A DNA stretch of 63,576 bases, filler included, from Asterionella formosa (GCA_002256025.1; 6 parts of 6 records of this genome joined end to end with filler, not necessarily neighbours in it), one strand, 5' to 3'. Shown: positions 49,471-61,740, numbered from the whole stretch's first letter. Notes: a model not told the origin generated them from the sequence alone. Numbers and translations: made by a program.

Positions 49471-50029
49471 CCCACCCGGGTGCCAGCCCAACTGGGAGGT
49501 GCCACATGCATGATTGGATGAAAATGCCTGCCGCTCAGGGTAATTAAATAAATACTCCTAAATCAACAGTGTGAGAACGACATCAAGTAATTCTTTACGT
49601 GCCTTTTTTGGTATTGGTGCCCCGTTTTATTGACTCAACTCTCCTCCTCGTACAATCTTTGCTCATTCTTGAAACAGTCCGTTGTAGTTGATTCGCATTC
49701 AGGTCAATCGTTCTGAATTCATCCCCATTGTGGATCATATCACTGTAGCTGAGTTCATTGAGACAATAAAGCCAAGGAACTTGAGTGCGGCTATAGAAGG
49801 CGAGCATCGTTAGGCGCACGCAAGGTAAAATCTATCAGTAGAAGATATCTTTTGCAGAACTTTCCAGTAGAACAATTGAGAATTTTCATTGTCCTGGGTT
49901 CCCACACCATTTTGACCGGTGATCACCGCCTCCGCCGCCTCGGCGGTTCTATCTACCCATTGCCTCGTGCAACCCAACTCCCAACGTCGTTGACATCAAC
50001 ACACTATTCTGAAGACCCACGTCGCCATC

Positions 50030-52429
50030 ATGCACTTGCAAGTCCCCCAACATAGAAGTCACAATTCAGCCCTAGAGCGCAGGGATTTCTATCGAGATCC
50101 CGAGCTGAGCGTCCTTATTCGCGATGTCCATGACCAGCAAGGCCGGAAGCGACCTGTTACTGTCAAGAGCTGGTCAACGGTCAAGGACCTGAAGGATGGC
50201 ATTCAGCAAATTTTTCATGTTCCTCCTTCGGCGCAGCGCCTTTTCTTCGGACCGCTAATGTCACCAGGTGGGGAGCTGCCTAACCATCGAACGCTTCATG
50301 ACGCTGGTATCTACAGGAGTGGGGAGACGCTGCTTTTGGAAATCAAGGGAGCTGCCAAACTGGGGTCATTGCACAAGATATCATCGCTTTTGCCTACCAA
50401 TGATGTTTGTGTCTCCTCGTCCATGTTGGATTCGACACCCAAAAATCTAAGGCACATTGTGCATCAAGCTCGTCGCGGGTTCGCTCTTGGTCTCAAACCT
50501 GACCTCGTTCTTGATGGATCTGGGGGGGCCTACTTTCTCAACGACGCCAGAAAAGTTAAGGTTGCTGTCTTCAAACCTGCTGATGAAGAACCATATGCTG
50601 AGAACAATCCACGCGGGTATGTTCCTCAGGGAGATGCCACTCTGTCATTGAGAGAAGGTATTAATCCAGGTGAGCTTTGCCTTCGCGAAGTTGCTGCTTA
50701 TCTCTTGGATCATGGAGGCTTTAGCTCTGTTCCGATGACGACGCTAGCAGAAGCACGTCATCCTGCATTCAACTTGAATGGTGCTCGAATGAGTGTTGCG
50801 CAAGGTGGTGCTTCGCTGGGATCTCATTCTCTTGGAGCGCACTCACTCAAGGCGGCATCAGACTACAAAAAGGTTGGATCTTTTCAAGAATTTGTTCGCG
50901 CAGAGTGCACGATGGATGATTTGAGCCCAAGCAAGATTAGTGTTGATGAAGTTCACAAGATTGCCATTTTGGATATTCGGATCATGAATGCAGATCGAAA
51001 CGCCGCTAATCTGCTGTGTCGGAGGAGACAAGATAATTCCATTGAGCTCGTTCCCATCGATCACGGTTTCAGCTTGAGATCTATCGCCGATGTCAGTTGG
51101 ATGGATTGGTGCTGGTTGGATTGGCCCCAATTGAAAGAGGTAAGGGGAAATAAAAGATGATTTGCGATGTTGTATTATACCTGTTGATTGACTCGTGTCT
51201 CACACTGCCCACAGCCTCTTAGCGAGAAGAGCCGAGATTACATTCTCAAACTTGATATCGATGCTGACGTCGATATCCTGAGGGAGAAGCTTAATATTTG
51301 CCAAGAAGCCATCGACTACTTTCGGGCATCGTCTAAGCTTCTTCAAGAAGGTGTCAAAGGAGGTCTATCACTCTATGATATCGCAACTATGTGTTGCCGC
51401 AATGATAATCTTGGCGAGATTCCTTCGAAACTCGAGATCTTGAGCAACATGGCAATTGAATTGGCCACAACTGCTGTCGAGAATGGCCGTTGGCACCACA
51501 GTGCTGCCGTTAAGGCAATAGCTGAACAGCTTTCCCCTGTTGCAGGGGGAAGTTTGCTTTTGAACGCTGTTGGAGAGTTGCCTATTGAGTCCCGATTCAT
51601 CAAATCTGCCTCCAGTGCGAACTTTTCTTGCTTTACTTCAGATCTGGCTGGTGAGCTTGCTCAAGCTGAATTCAAAGCTGAAGTACCTGGAATGGCAAAT
51701 TCCTCCGCTTCGGACGAAAGCTCCGATGTGGGTGATGCAGTTACAGAACAAGAAGAGCGCGAAGAATGGGCCGCGGCTGTGATAGCCGATGTCAGCATGG
51801 ACCAGTCGATTTCTGTTATTCAACTTCAGCAGCGTCGCAGATCTCGAAGTCACTCTGTTGCCGAGGATGAGTCGGTCCTATCGTCGTCTCCCAAAGGATT
51901 CTGGTGTGTTCGTCCTGGGAATTCAGCTCTTGACGATAACTCATTCGACAACGACAGCTTCAGTTGGTCGCCTCGTGTGTCCCCTCACACTATTCCCCAT
52001 ACGATCCTCGACAGCATGAAGGACGATTTCCTTCCAATCTCTGCCCTTCATTCTGTCCCAGACCTTGGCCCGGATAGTTCCACTTCGCCGACAGTTACCT
52101 TTGCACCGGAAGCCCTTAATGGTGGCTTCCTTTCGCCTCCTCCATCTACCATCAATGTGACAAATGTCAATGCGGGGGGCATGACTGCACCTTTACTGAA
52201 GCGTGCGTCATCAGGTGGTGTTATAACACGCAGCAAATCATACTCCGCCTTGTCTGAGAATGGGCGTAGTTCGAGCTTGCTGAGCAATTCCTCTAGTGAA
52301 TACTTGAAGCATGTCACGCCTGGGGACGAGGGATGGAAGAATTACTTCACCAAGTTTGTCGACTTGGTAATTATCAGAGAGACTTTCGCTGTCGCTCGGA
52401 CACGAGAGGTAACAAGAGAGATGTGGTAA
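50030..52429 (+). CDS. Phosphatidylinositol 4-kinase type II / gamma-like with an N-terminal ubiquitin-like domain; exons 50030-51139, 51215-52429, ~774 aa
   Basis: Ubl [27 protein letters not shown]. Kinase motifs [50 protein letters not shown] and PIDHG. Confidence 0.92.
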
Positions 52430-52815
52430 AACGGATATCTATCCTAGGGAAAGGCCGCTGCATTCTGCATGACTGTTGAAAGACTGAAACAAATTCTGGA
52501 ATTTCAAGTCCATTCTTTTTTGTATTTTAAATGAATATACTGAAGCTTATATTATGTACAACCAAAATCACTTTTTGCTACCCGGTATTCGTTTTTACAG
52601 TGTTAGAGTACAGAGTTTTTGGATCAAACTGGTAGAGAGTGTTGAAAGGAATTACAGATTGTCCACAAAAACACTTCCATCTTGTGAGGTTCCAAGGCGA
52701 AATCTAAGTTCGCCTTCTAAAACCTTTCATCCGCTGCTATTGTTGAAAATCGTTGTCCAGCGCCCATTCTCACAACTTTGACCTCGTTAACTTCGTCATC
52801 ATTGTCCAATATTCC

Positions 52816-53706
52816 TTACTTTTCCGCCAACGCTTCGTTGAGTAATGCCAGCGCCACAGTATTCGACCACTGAACTTCCAGAAAATCTCCCTTCCGTAAG
52901 GCATCTCTCAATTCTTTCGATGTGAGTTGCTTTATAGATTGTCGTTCCATATCAGTCGCACCAACAATATCCGCGTCGTCTTTGATGGTATCAGCGCCTG
53001 AAACATCGTGACAATTAACCGCCACGAAGGAATTGACCCACCCCATCCCTCGATTCACGTCAGTTCGATAGCGACCTAGAGGAATTAAATCTCGACATTC
53101 TATTCCCATTTCCTCTTTGACTTCCCTAACAGCAGCAACCTTGGGGTCTTCGCCTGGTTCAATAATACCGCCAATGATGGCAAGCGATGTTCTCCCTTCC
53201 AGCGCATATTTCGCTTGTTGAAAGACCATAAACTCACGTTGACCAGTCATCCCATGAAAAGTGTTTGGCGCCTCTACCAGGACGTTGATACGATCGTGAT
53301 AATCAATCCATAGCCAATCGGAAATGACATCAGCCATTCCGGCGAGTTGCACGTGATGCTGCTGCACTCTCATCCATTTGGATTCCAAGAGGCACTTTGG
53401 TTTCCCCACTGTTTCTGTTGATGTGTATACAGTTCCTTTGTAGGCACCAAATGATATCAAGCAATCACTGGATGACTTGAGCGAGTTGAACACAACGAGA
53501 TCGAAGAACAAGTAGGTACCAAGTACTGCGGAAACAACCATCCATCGTCGCGACGGCGACGCAAGACTGGCAATGGATGGAATAAGTTGACTATTGTTGT
53601 GACTTTTCTTTTCGTTGTTGGACCGCATGTTGGCGCTTCCTTGGTGTAGAAGGGCTGTTGATAGTAATGGAGTCTCGTTGCTTCTTACAGGCACACGTCG
53701 TACCAT
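52816..53706 (-). CDS. Nudix hydrolase with an N-terminal transmembrane helix, 296 aa
   Basis: Nudix box GGIIEPGEDPKVAAVREVKEEMG; hydrophobic segment WMVVSAVLGTYLFFDLVVF. Confidence 0.88.
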   Translation of the reverse strand: MVRRVPVRSNETPLLSTALLHQGSANMRSNNEKKSHNNSQLIPSIASLASPSRRWMVVSAVLGTYLFFDLVVFNSLKSSSDCLISFGAYKGTVYTSTETVGKPKCLLESKWMRVQQHHVQLAGMADVISDWLWIDYHDRINVLVEAPNTFHGMTGQREFMVFQQAKYALEGRTSLAIIGGIIEPGEDPKVAAVREVKEEMGIECRDLIPLGRYRTDVNRGMGWVNSFVAVNCHDVSGADTIKDDADIVGATDMERQSIKQLTSKELRDALRKGDFLEVQWSNTVALALLNEALAEK

Positions 53707-54331
53707 GTGGAAACAGTTGCGTTAAGCAAGCAAGAAGCAAGCAAGAAAGGATCAGTGATACCTGCTACGAGCGATGTTCACCGACAGCGGAAATACAAAT
53801 TATTGTACATATGCCGCATGCATACCTAATACCTCCCCTCAGAACGACGCAACGACGAGAAAAATAGTTTAGCCTATTATCGGGTGTGCAAACGCAGAAA
53901 AGATTCCTAATTCCGGGCCCTCCCAATCCCTTATCCATGTGATGAATATTAGCCTATGATCGGTATGGTACATAAACACCGTATGCTTGGGGCCATTTGA
54001 TCACTGGGGGTACCAGGGATACCTGGTACTGTACTCGCACAATGCAACATACAGCGGTGTGATGACCACCTCCTACCAACGAGGAGTGGCGCAGCTACGT
54101 ATTTCATATGTGCCAGTAATACTGTACCAGGTATCTGGTACCACTCATCACGAGAACCTCCGCCCGTTCTGACTCAACCATCTCCCGATTGATTTTTGTA
54201 TGCATGTCATGGATGCTGTAGGACATTGGGATATCATTCTTCCTTTGCTGCCTCCCAGCAGTAGCAGCCGACGACATCACTACTAAGCCAACCTTCAACA
54301 AGCAAAGGAGAAACAACTCAACTTGTTGAAC

Positions 54332-55144
54332 ATGATAACACCCTTTCAAATCATTCGGGGCCTTCCAAAGGTTGCCTCCTCCTCCCTAAAATGCTTCGCC
54401 TCGTCGGCAAGTGATGCTCTTCCTTCCATCAAACTTTACCAATATGCCATTTGCCCATTTTGCAACAAAACAAAGGCTCTCATGATGTATGCTGGACTTA
54501 CTCCTGAAATTGTTGAAGTTAACCCCTTAACCAAGTCAGAGCTCAAATTTTCGCCTGACTATCGCAAAGTACCAATTGCGATTATCGACAACCAGCAAAT
54601 CAATGGATCGGATGAAATCATGGACGCCTTGCTGAGTAACGAAGCTATCAAATTGGCTCTCGCGTCCAAATGGACGAATATGAATATTGACGAATTCCGG
54701 GACAGCAAATGGACAACGTTTGCAAATGACGACCTGGCGGCGTTGCTGTATCCGAACCTTTGCCGCACCTGGACTGACTCCTATAAGGCTTTTGGATACG
54801 TACATTCCGTCACGAATTTCTCTACCGTTCAAAAGGTGTTGGTACAATGGATTGGATCATTTGCCATGTACATGGCAGCTTCGAAAATTAAGAAGAAGCG
54901 AGGAATTGCCGATGAAGTCAAAGCACTAGAGGAGGTGATGACGAAATTGGAAAACGATGGACTTGATGCTGGCAAAAAACAATTCGTGAGTGGAAAGGAA
55001 AACCCAAATCTAGGGGATATCGCCATCTTTGGGACGCTGCGATCGATTCAAGGACTTCCTGCGCATGAACAAGCTGTCACATCCAGAGACAGTACTGTGA
55101 TCCAAGAATGGTATGATCGCATGAGTCAACAAGTAGCAAAGTGA
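54332..55144 (+). CDS. PTGES2: Prostaglandin E synthase 2-like (mPGES-2; glutaredoxin/GST fold)
   Basis: Motifs KLYQYAICPFCNK, VEVNPLTKSELKFS.DYRKVP and PNLGDIAIFG. Confidence 0.85.
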   Translation: MITPFQIIRGLPKVASSSLKCFASSASDALPSIKLYQYAICPFCNKTKALMMYAGLTPEIVEVNPLTKSELKFSPDYRKVPIAIIDNQQINGSDEIMDALLSNEAIKLALASKWTNMNIDEFRDSKWTTFANDDLAALLYPNLCRTWTDSYKAFGYVHSVTNFSTVQKVLVQWIGSFAMYMAASKIKKKRGIADEVKALEEVMTKLENDGLDAGKKQFVSGKENPNLGDIAIFGTLRSIQGLPAHEQAVTSRDSTVIQEWYDRMSQQVAK

Positions 55145-55164
55145 ATTGTTTTTTTTAGTGACAT

Positions 55165-55908
55165 CTAAAGAACTCCCCCTTCACCAAACTCATCAATCAG
55201 TTCCTTCAGTCGAGGCGTCACCAACTCTTTCTCACTTTCATCCAAACGATCAATGTACACCCTGCCGTCCAAATGATCGTACTCGTGCTGGAAGATGCGG
55301 GCCTCCCAACCAGTGTATTTCTTCTTCATCTTCTTACCCTTCAGAGACAAAGCTTCCACTTTAATCCACTTGCTACGCTCAACTTTACCATTCATATTCG
55401 GAAAGCTAAGACAGCCTTCTGTTTCAATTTCCCTCGCATCACTAAACTCCACAATCTTGGGATTAACCAATACGACTTCCTGTAGCCATTTTGTTTTATC
55501 GCCTGCTTCATTGTAGACCATGAGGCGCTTGTTGACGCCCACTTGAGGCGCAGCCAGACCCACCCCTTCAGCAGCATACATTACTAGAAGCATTTCCTTT
55601 GCAATTTTTTGAATCGAGCCATCCGCAAGTTCTTCCTCCGTAATTTCTGCATTGGGGGCCCGTAAGGCCGGGTGAGGGTATTTAAGGACCCTCATATCGG
55701 TGCCCGCTACATCACCAGGATCGACTTCCTCTTTGAGGGATGACAGGAGTTTACTGAGATGAGCTCGTTCCTTTCGTTGAGAGAGAAATGGGGCCGTTCG
55801 ACTTGCAAACGTACGAGTCGATGGTTGAAACGCAATCACGGCGCTTCGTGAACAATATAACATAGAAATCATGGCAAGTGTCGATTGAGTGGTTGATGAT
55901 ACTTTCAT
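55165..55908 (-). CDS. PDF: Peptide deformylase, plastid-targeted (PDF1B-like), 247 aa
   Basis: Motifs GVGLAAPQVG, EGCLS and QHEYDHLDG. Presequence ends VIA-FQP. Confidence 0.93.
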   Translation of the reverse strand: MKVSSTTQSTLAMISMLYCSRSAVIAFQPSTRTFASRTAPFLSQRKERAHLSKLLSSLKEEVDPGDVAGTDMRVLKYPHPALRAPNAEITEEELADGSIQKIAKEMLLVMYAAEGVGLAAPQVGVNKRLMVYNEAGDKTKWLQEVVLVNPKIVEFSDAREIETEGCLSFPNMNGKVERSKWIKVEALSLKGKKMKKKYTGWEARIFQHEYDHLDGRVYIDRLDESEKELVTPRLKELIDEFGEGGVL

Positions 55909-56232
55909 TGCTTCGGTGGTGTAGACAATGAAAGAAGGAAAGGGATGAAGGGACCAATAGACTGAAATCGAGTGTCAAGGTTCTCTTGTCCGATACTATT
56001 AGCTACGTTGCATAACGGCTTCATTATAACAAGCCAACTTTTGCATAAAATGGTACATATATATATTTTATATTCCGGTACCTGGTACCAGGTATTTAAG
56101 ACATATGTGCACACCATCAGGGAGGATGCATTTGTGGTCAACCTTTTTTGACATACGGTTGCGCGCTGAATTTGAAACCCTACATAGCTCGAACTTGGGC
56201 TAAAAACATACGCACAAGTCAGAGAGTCTCGA

Positions 56233-56332
56233 NNNNNNNNNNNNNNNNNNNNNNNNNNNNNNNNNNNNNNNNNNNNTTAATTAATTAANNNNNNNNNNNN
56301 NNNNNNNNNNNNNNNNNNNNNNNNNNNNNNNN
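56233..56332. other. Assembly gap with artificial linker
   Basis: N-run containing TTAATTAATTAA. Confidence 0.97.
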
Positions 56333-56709
56333 TTCAACAAGGCCAATCCATGCTTGGCTTCTTGAATTGTGGACGATGGCGACACCATGGCAATAATATT
56401 TGATTCTTCCACTGCATCCTCCAGTAGAATAGAAAGAGGTGACAACTCTTCCTTATTGTTAAGAAGGTTCTTGTTGAGATCGGCATGCCATAGATTGCAG
56501 TCCACATCAATTAATGACATGGACTTTTTATAATTATTAGTATTACTATTCATGAATAAGAAGCGACGATGGTGGCAACGATACGAATAATAATGCTGAC
56601 TTTTGATAGTGGCAAAGCCCAACACGCCGAATGGGATACTGCAATAAGCAGCAGCAGCAGCAGCAGCAGCGGGTTTCCAGCAATGGCGACGGCACCACCA
56701 GCTTCTCAT
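56333..56709 (-). CDS. 5' fragment of a probable TatD-like metallohydrolase, cut by the gap
   Basis: Presequence with poly-Ala, then SLIDVDCNL..D..ILLEDA..NIIAMV..SST, resembling the TatD N-terminus. Confidence 0.5.
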
Positions 56710-57761
56710 ACTGATGATTGGATCATGGGATGGTCACATTTCAAATACATATAATTGCTGAATCTTCATTGATGGAGGCAGCCCATCTTGCTCGGCTGCA
56801 TACCGGTACAACCATATTTTCCTGACAAGTACTACTCCTACCTACTAAGTAGTAGTCTATGTACATCAATATCAGCATATTTCATACACCGTATACCGTT
56901 ACGACCGCTTTTAGTAATGGTACCAGGTAGCAAACAGCCAACACAAACCAACAACTGACACGAGCAATTTAAATATTTATGAAAATACCTGTACCTGGTC
57001 CTACCTATCTATGGCATAGCTAATCTTACTTTTCTCATTCTTTCTTCAGTTCGTATTTTTCTGACGTTGCGGACCCGGTTGACTATTATTTGTACTAATA
57101 GTAGTAGTACCGCTTGATATTACACGGATCAGTGACGGTTCCTGGCACAGAGTACCAGCAAGTTGCGGTCATTTTGCTTAAACTAACATTTTAATATGGG
57201 ATAAAGATAGCTAAAGTTTTAGTTTCAGCTTGCAGGTACCAGGGGGTCCTACCGGTACCCCGGTGTTCGATTGGCTGTTCACGTTGATTTCCTGAACCCT
57301 GTTACCTGGTACCTGGTACCTGGTTACTAGATACATACGGTGTCGTTGAGTCCGTCTTGTTGTTGCTGACAAAAGAAGCTTGTTTGTCCAACAAAGATCG
57401 CCAAGTTGAACTCGCCACCTGGAACGCAAAGAAACATGTTTGTTGGCTTTGGTCGTCAATACAGAAATAATACATGTTATATAGATCATGAATATATTTA
57501 TAATAAATATGAAAATGGAATCATGAGCTTTCCAGTATTTGTCTACAGCACCAGTATTACTATATTATTATGTAATGTGCTATTGTATATATTATATATA
57601 AACAATAGCACAATATAATACATACGCACTGCAATATCATTCGATGATGTTTCCTGGATTCTATCATCAAAACAACAAAATAATATAAAATTCATATAAT
57701 CGGCTCATCAGGCAGTGAATGTTATGTGTTTTGCCTTTGCCGCAACCCCAAAAGTATCACC

Positions 57762-58068
57762 ATGATGAGACTACTATTCTCTCTTAGTATTACACTCCTT
57801 CCTACTGTGGCCAGCTTTTCTGCTCCTCCACAGTATCATCATCGCACTGGTGTGTCACACCATCGTCATGCTGCAACACTCAATCCTGGTGATAATGTAA
57901 TGCTCATTGGTCCTGGCTTCCTTCAACTAGTATTGGCCAAGACATGCAAGGCAGCTGGCCTTACTCCCATCATTGTAGGACCTCAATCCAAATTAGAATC
58001 CTTCCAATCGTTGGTGAAGGATGATTCCATAATGATGACTATCGGAATGCCAGAAGTTGGCGAACCTA
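57762..58068 (+). CDS. 5' fragment of a plastid-targeted protein with a Rossmann-like start, cut by the gap
   Basis: Signal peptide ending VAS-FSAP; VMLIGPGFLQLVLAK. Confidence 0.65.
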
Positions 58069-58168
58069 NNNNNNNNNNNNNNNNNNNNNNNNNNNNNNNN
58101 NNNNNNNNNNNNTTAATTAATTAANNNNNNNNNNNNNNNNNNNNNNNNNNNNNNNNNNNNNNNNNNNN
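58069..58168. other. Assembly gap with artificial linker
   Basis: N-run containing TTAATTAATTAA. Confidence 0.97.
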
Positions 58169-58251
58169 ATATAAATTGCCAGACACCGACAAACTAACAC
58201 AACATATTACCAGTACCGCCTCGTTCGAAGGCTTGTTGCATAGCTTCCCCT

Positions 58252-59511
58252 CTATGCCCCAAGTGGCAGTAGACAAGGATCCTCCAAGGACAAGTGAGCC
58301 ATTGCATTCTCGGTATGCTCCCCCTTTACTACTGATGCCCATTTTCCAAGTGGACATGAAGGAGTCGTCATCCTGACGGCACCATCCAGAAGCGGGAATT
58401 CATGAATGTTGCAAAAAGGAGCAGCCGCATGTCGTCGACGCGTTCGTTTGTGTGATCGACGACGCTGTCTAGTGTCCGCAGTGGGAGAGGAGGACGAAGA
58501 TAGTAAACTTGCAACGGATGATACTTCATCAGTTGCCATTGTCGTCGTCATTTTTCCCAGGTCCGAAGACTGTGATGGCGAAATCGACAATGTAGGACTG
58601 CTGGAGGAAGAAGATTGATCGCCGATTTGGTCAAGACTAGTGTGTATCATTGAGTGAGGGTTGTGTTTTACTCGTCGTGTTGGACGTTTCTTAGTTCGCC
58701 TGGGATTTTCCGTCTCGGGCTCGTTCTGCTCCTCTTCCGGAGAAGCGCCAATCACAAATACCTGACGAGGTGGAATGCTTGGTCCTACATGCTCATCCTC
58801 CTGCCCTGCGGGATACGGCTGTGGGGAAACGAGATTGGGAGGATGAAGTTGTGTCGGGGTAGATGACATGTTATAATGGTAGTGGATAGCAAAAGGTGGA
58901 GACATGTAAAGTGGATATGTTTGCTGGAACCATGGAATGTGCTGCTGCTGCTGCTCCAGGTGAAATGGGGATCCTGAACTATGGGAGTGCTGATGCTGCG
59001 TGTACATGACATGATCACCAAAGTCAACAGGATGAATGTGAACAGCACCTTCTGATGACAGCGGCCGTGCTGGAGAGGCGACAGCGCCATCTTTGATGAC
59101 TTGATAGTTTTGATGGTGTGTGTTCAAATTGTTACAGGGAATGATCGCTCGACTTGCGTTCATGGTTACAAGTTGACTGGCTTCTACGGCCAAGAGCAAC
59201 CACTTGGTATCTGCAGGATCCTCCAGAGGCGTATGGAGCAACGCAGAACAAATAGCTCGTACCTTGGGAAAGCGTGCGATTATTTCTGCTGGAACGCCGC
59301 CGTCATGATTCCTCATCAAAGCAATGAGGAAGGCATCTTTCGCTAGATTCGCCGGCGAAAAGTAGTACTCAATTTGAGTGCAAAGGCGCTCGACTAGTAT
59401 CTCTCCAATGGGCGCGTTTTGTTGCTGTTGCTCACGTAGGTGCACCAAGCGCGAAGGTTCCATTCTAGAGCGAACGGGTTCCGAAGATTGTATCTGCTGA
59501 CTCGCCATCAT
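58252..59511 (-). CDS. La-related protein (La motif plus disordered tail), 419 aa
   Basis: La motif LCTQIEYYFSPANLAKDAFL..GGVPAEIIARFPKVR; C-terminal EFPLL and WASVV. Confidence 0.85.
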   Translation of the reverse strand: MMASQQIQSSEPVRSRMEPSRLVHLREQQQQNAPIGEILVERLCTQIEYYFSPANLAKDAFLIALMRNHDGGVPAEIIARFPKVRAICSALLHTPLEDPADTKWLLLAVEASQLVTMNASRAIIPCNNLNTHHQNYQVIKDGAVASPARPLSSEGAVHIHPVDFGDHVMYTQHQHSHSSGSPFHLEQQQQHIPWFQQTYPLYMSPPFAIHYHYNMSSTPTQLHPPNLVSPQPYPAGQEDEHVGPSIPPRQVFVIGASPEEEQNEPETENPRRTKKRPTRRVKHNPHSMIHTSLDQIGDQSSSSSSPTLSISPSQSSDLGKMTTTMATDEVSSVASLLSSSSSPTADTRQRRRSHKRTRRRHAAAPFCNIHEFPLLDGAVRMTTPSCPLGKWASVVKGEHTENAMAHLSLEDPCLLPLGA

Positions 59512-59904
59512 GGCGCGGTGGAGACGACGAACGTGTGGAAAGAAAATGAAGCGCTGGTGGCGAAATCAGAGATCACTGTGAAGGCGCTGACGGCGTGCGA
59601 GTTTGGACGCAGCAGAGAATTAAGTTCAAGGGCAACAACTGTCGCAACAACTGTAAACGTGCCCAAGAAACGAGAACGGACGCTAATCGTGTTTCTGCGA
59701 GAAGTGCTTGCGTCGGCGTCACTTCGTTTTCTGTCGCTCTGACTTGAGTGTCAACCTTTCTTTCCGCAACGATCACACCGCCTCAACTGCCAAACTCTAT
59801 CAACGGTCCTCTTTAGCTCTCTTGACTCGAAAGGAAATGACAAGTAATCAGTGAAACAGAATAATGATGTACTACGGTAGCATTCCATAACAAACAGTGG
59901 AGAA

Positions 59905-60004
59905 NNNNNNNNNNNNNNNNNNNNNNNNNNNNNNNNNNNNNNNNNNNNTTAATTAATTAANNNNNNNNNNNNNNNNNNNNNNNNNNNNNNNNNNNNNNNN
60001 NNNN
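59905..60004. other. Assembly gap with artificial linker
   Basis: N-run containing TTAATTAATTAA. Confidence 0.97.
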
Positions 60005-61740
60005 ATTAATTGATGGTGTACCCAAGGCATGAAATAGATCACGAGCTCGCTTAGCTCTCTGAAATTGACGTTCAGTGTAAAATGTTTTGTTTTCTTCAAG
60101 TGTATTTAACATTTGAGCATTCTCCGCTCTCGTTCTTGTAGTTGGCTTGAAAACATATAAGTTCATCCCAATTCTTTCAAATCGAACTGTTTTGTCAGGC
60201 AAATGAACAATGAATGCATCTTCTTTCTCAGAGTCATAGGTAATTCTGTACCTATCTGCCATTTCGGCATAACTGAAGATGTTTGTGATTGCCTTTTCAT
60301 TAAACCATACTTCTCCCCATTCTGGAAGATCAGCCTTCATATTAGTTACCATGGATCCACCATTTGTGGCCAGGTGCATGCTTCCGTTGGTTGACATTCG
60401 AATGTTATTAACCATTTTTGGATTGCAAAAGACTGTGACACTTGATTGATTATCCAATAGTATCCAGTCACGCATCACAGATGCTTGGTAAAATTGTAGT
60501 TTCATATGAGCTCCCATCCATCCAAATTGATTGGCATTTGCTTGTTGTGAAGCTTGTGATGACGGTGGGTTGTTGGAATTAACAGAGGTAACTGTACTTG
60601 TGTCGGATGTATTAGCCTGTGCCTGTGCATGGCTTTGGGCCTTGTTAATTGCCCATTCCTCTTTGGGTTTATTCTTGTCTCGACACGAAGGAGATTTGTG
60701 ACCTGCTTTTCCGCAGCAGTAACATTTTCCTTCTAACTGTGCAAACGATAAGTTCACATCTTCGTCTTCCTTGCCTCCATCCTTTTGTTTCCTCTCTTTA
60801 TCATTATCTCCTGGTTTCTTGTAGACAGATTTATTTGTTACGTCAAACCGATGGTTGCTGAGAACATTGTTTGATTCGGTGATGCTCTTCGGGTATTGAT
60901 CGTTGCCGAGTGACTGTTGAGTGTTCAGCCCGGTCATAATTGATCCGTATTTGGTCTTGTCGGCATTATCGAGATATAAATATGCCATAAATTGACTGAA
61001 AGCTTGTTCACGAAATTTATCTCGTTGCTTGATGTCGGTCTCGTTGTATCCATCTATGGCTTCAACGAACTTGGTGAGGATAATGGGTCCTCCCATGTGT
61101 GACTTGAGCACATCACGTGCCACACGGAATCTCTTGGTGTAGTCTTGTAGACTTTCTCCCTCTTTCTGCTTTGTAAATAAAAGCGTTCTCATCGCATCTA
61201 AAATGATCGACATTGAATATCGATTTTCTTGAAAATTTAGTGCGTGTTCTTTAATTGCCATAAGCAATGTTATTGGGTTATTTTTGATCCTATTGTAATC
61301 GGATCTTGCTTCAATCTTGTTCTTCATGGCTTTGTTGCATCTTTCCCAGAGCAACGCATATGCCTTGGTATTATTATTTTCGTAGGCCTGTACCCTTTTA
61401 CTGTAGGTGTCATAGTCAGCCTTGAACTCAATCTCATATTGTCGATTCTCTGCAGCGCGATCTTCTTCTGTTGTTGCAATGCTCACTTGCATTCTTGGCT
61501 TCCATGCCAATGTGCTCATTGGTTCTAATAACTCAAGCGCGGTTCCTATGTCGTTGCCATAGTCGAACACTTTCTTGATATGATTGATGAGGTACTCAGT
61601 AGTAGTCTCATAATCAGATGCCTGCTTCGATGATCCGAGGTAGTAGTTATAGTCATTGACTGACTTCTTGATTGATTGAGAAGCAACATTGCTCCCTCCC
61701 TTGGCTTGAAACTTGCCCTTGGCTTGAGCCTTCTTGGTAA
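60005..61740 (-). mobile_element. Ty1/Copia (CoDi-like) gag-protease polyprotein fragment; the frame is open across the whole contig
   Basis: QKEGESLQDY, zinc knuckle CYCCGKAGHKSPSC and protease WILLDNQSSVTVFCN. Close paralog of 46272-47733 without the stops. Confidence 0.9.
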
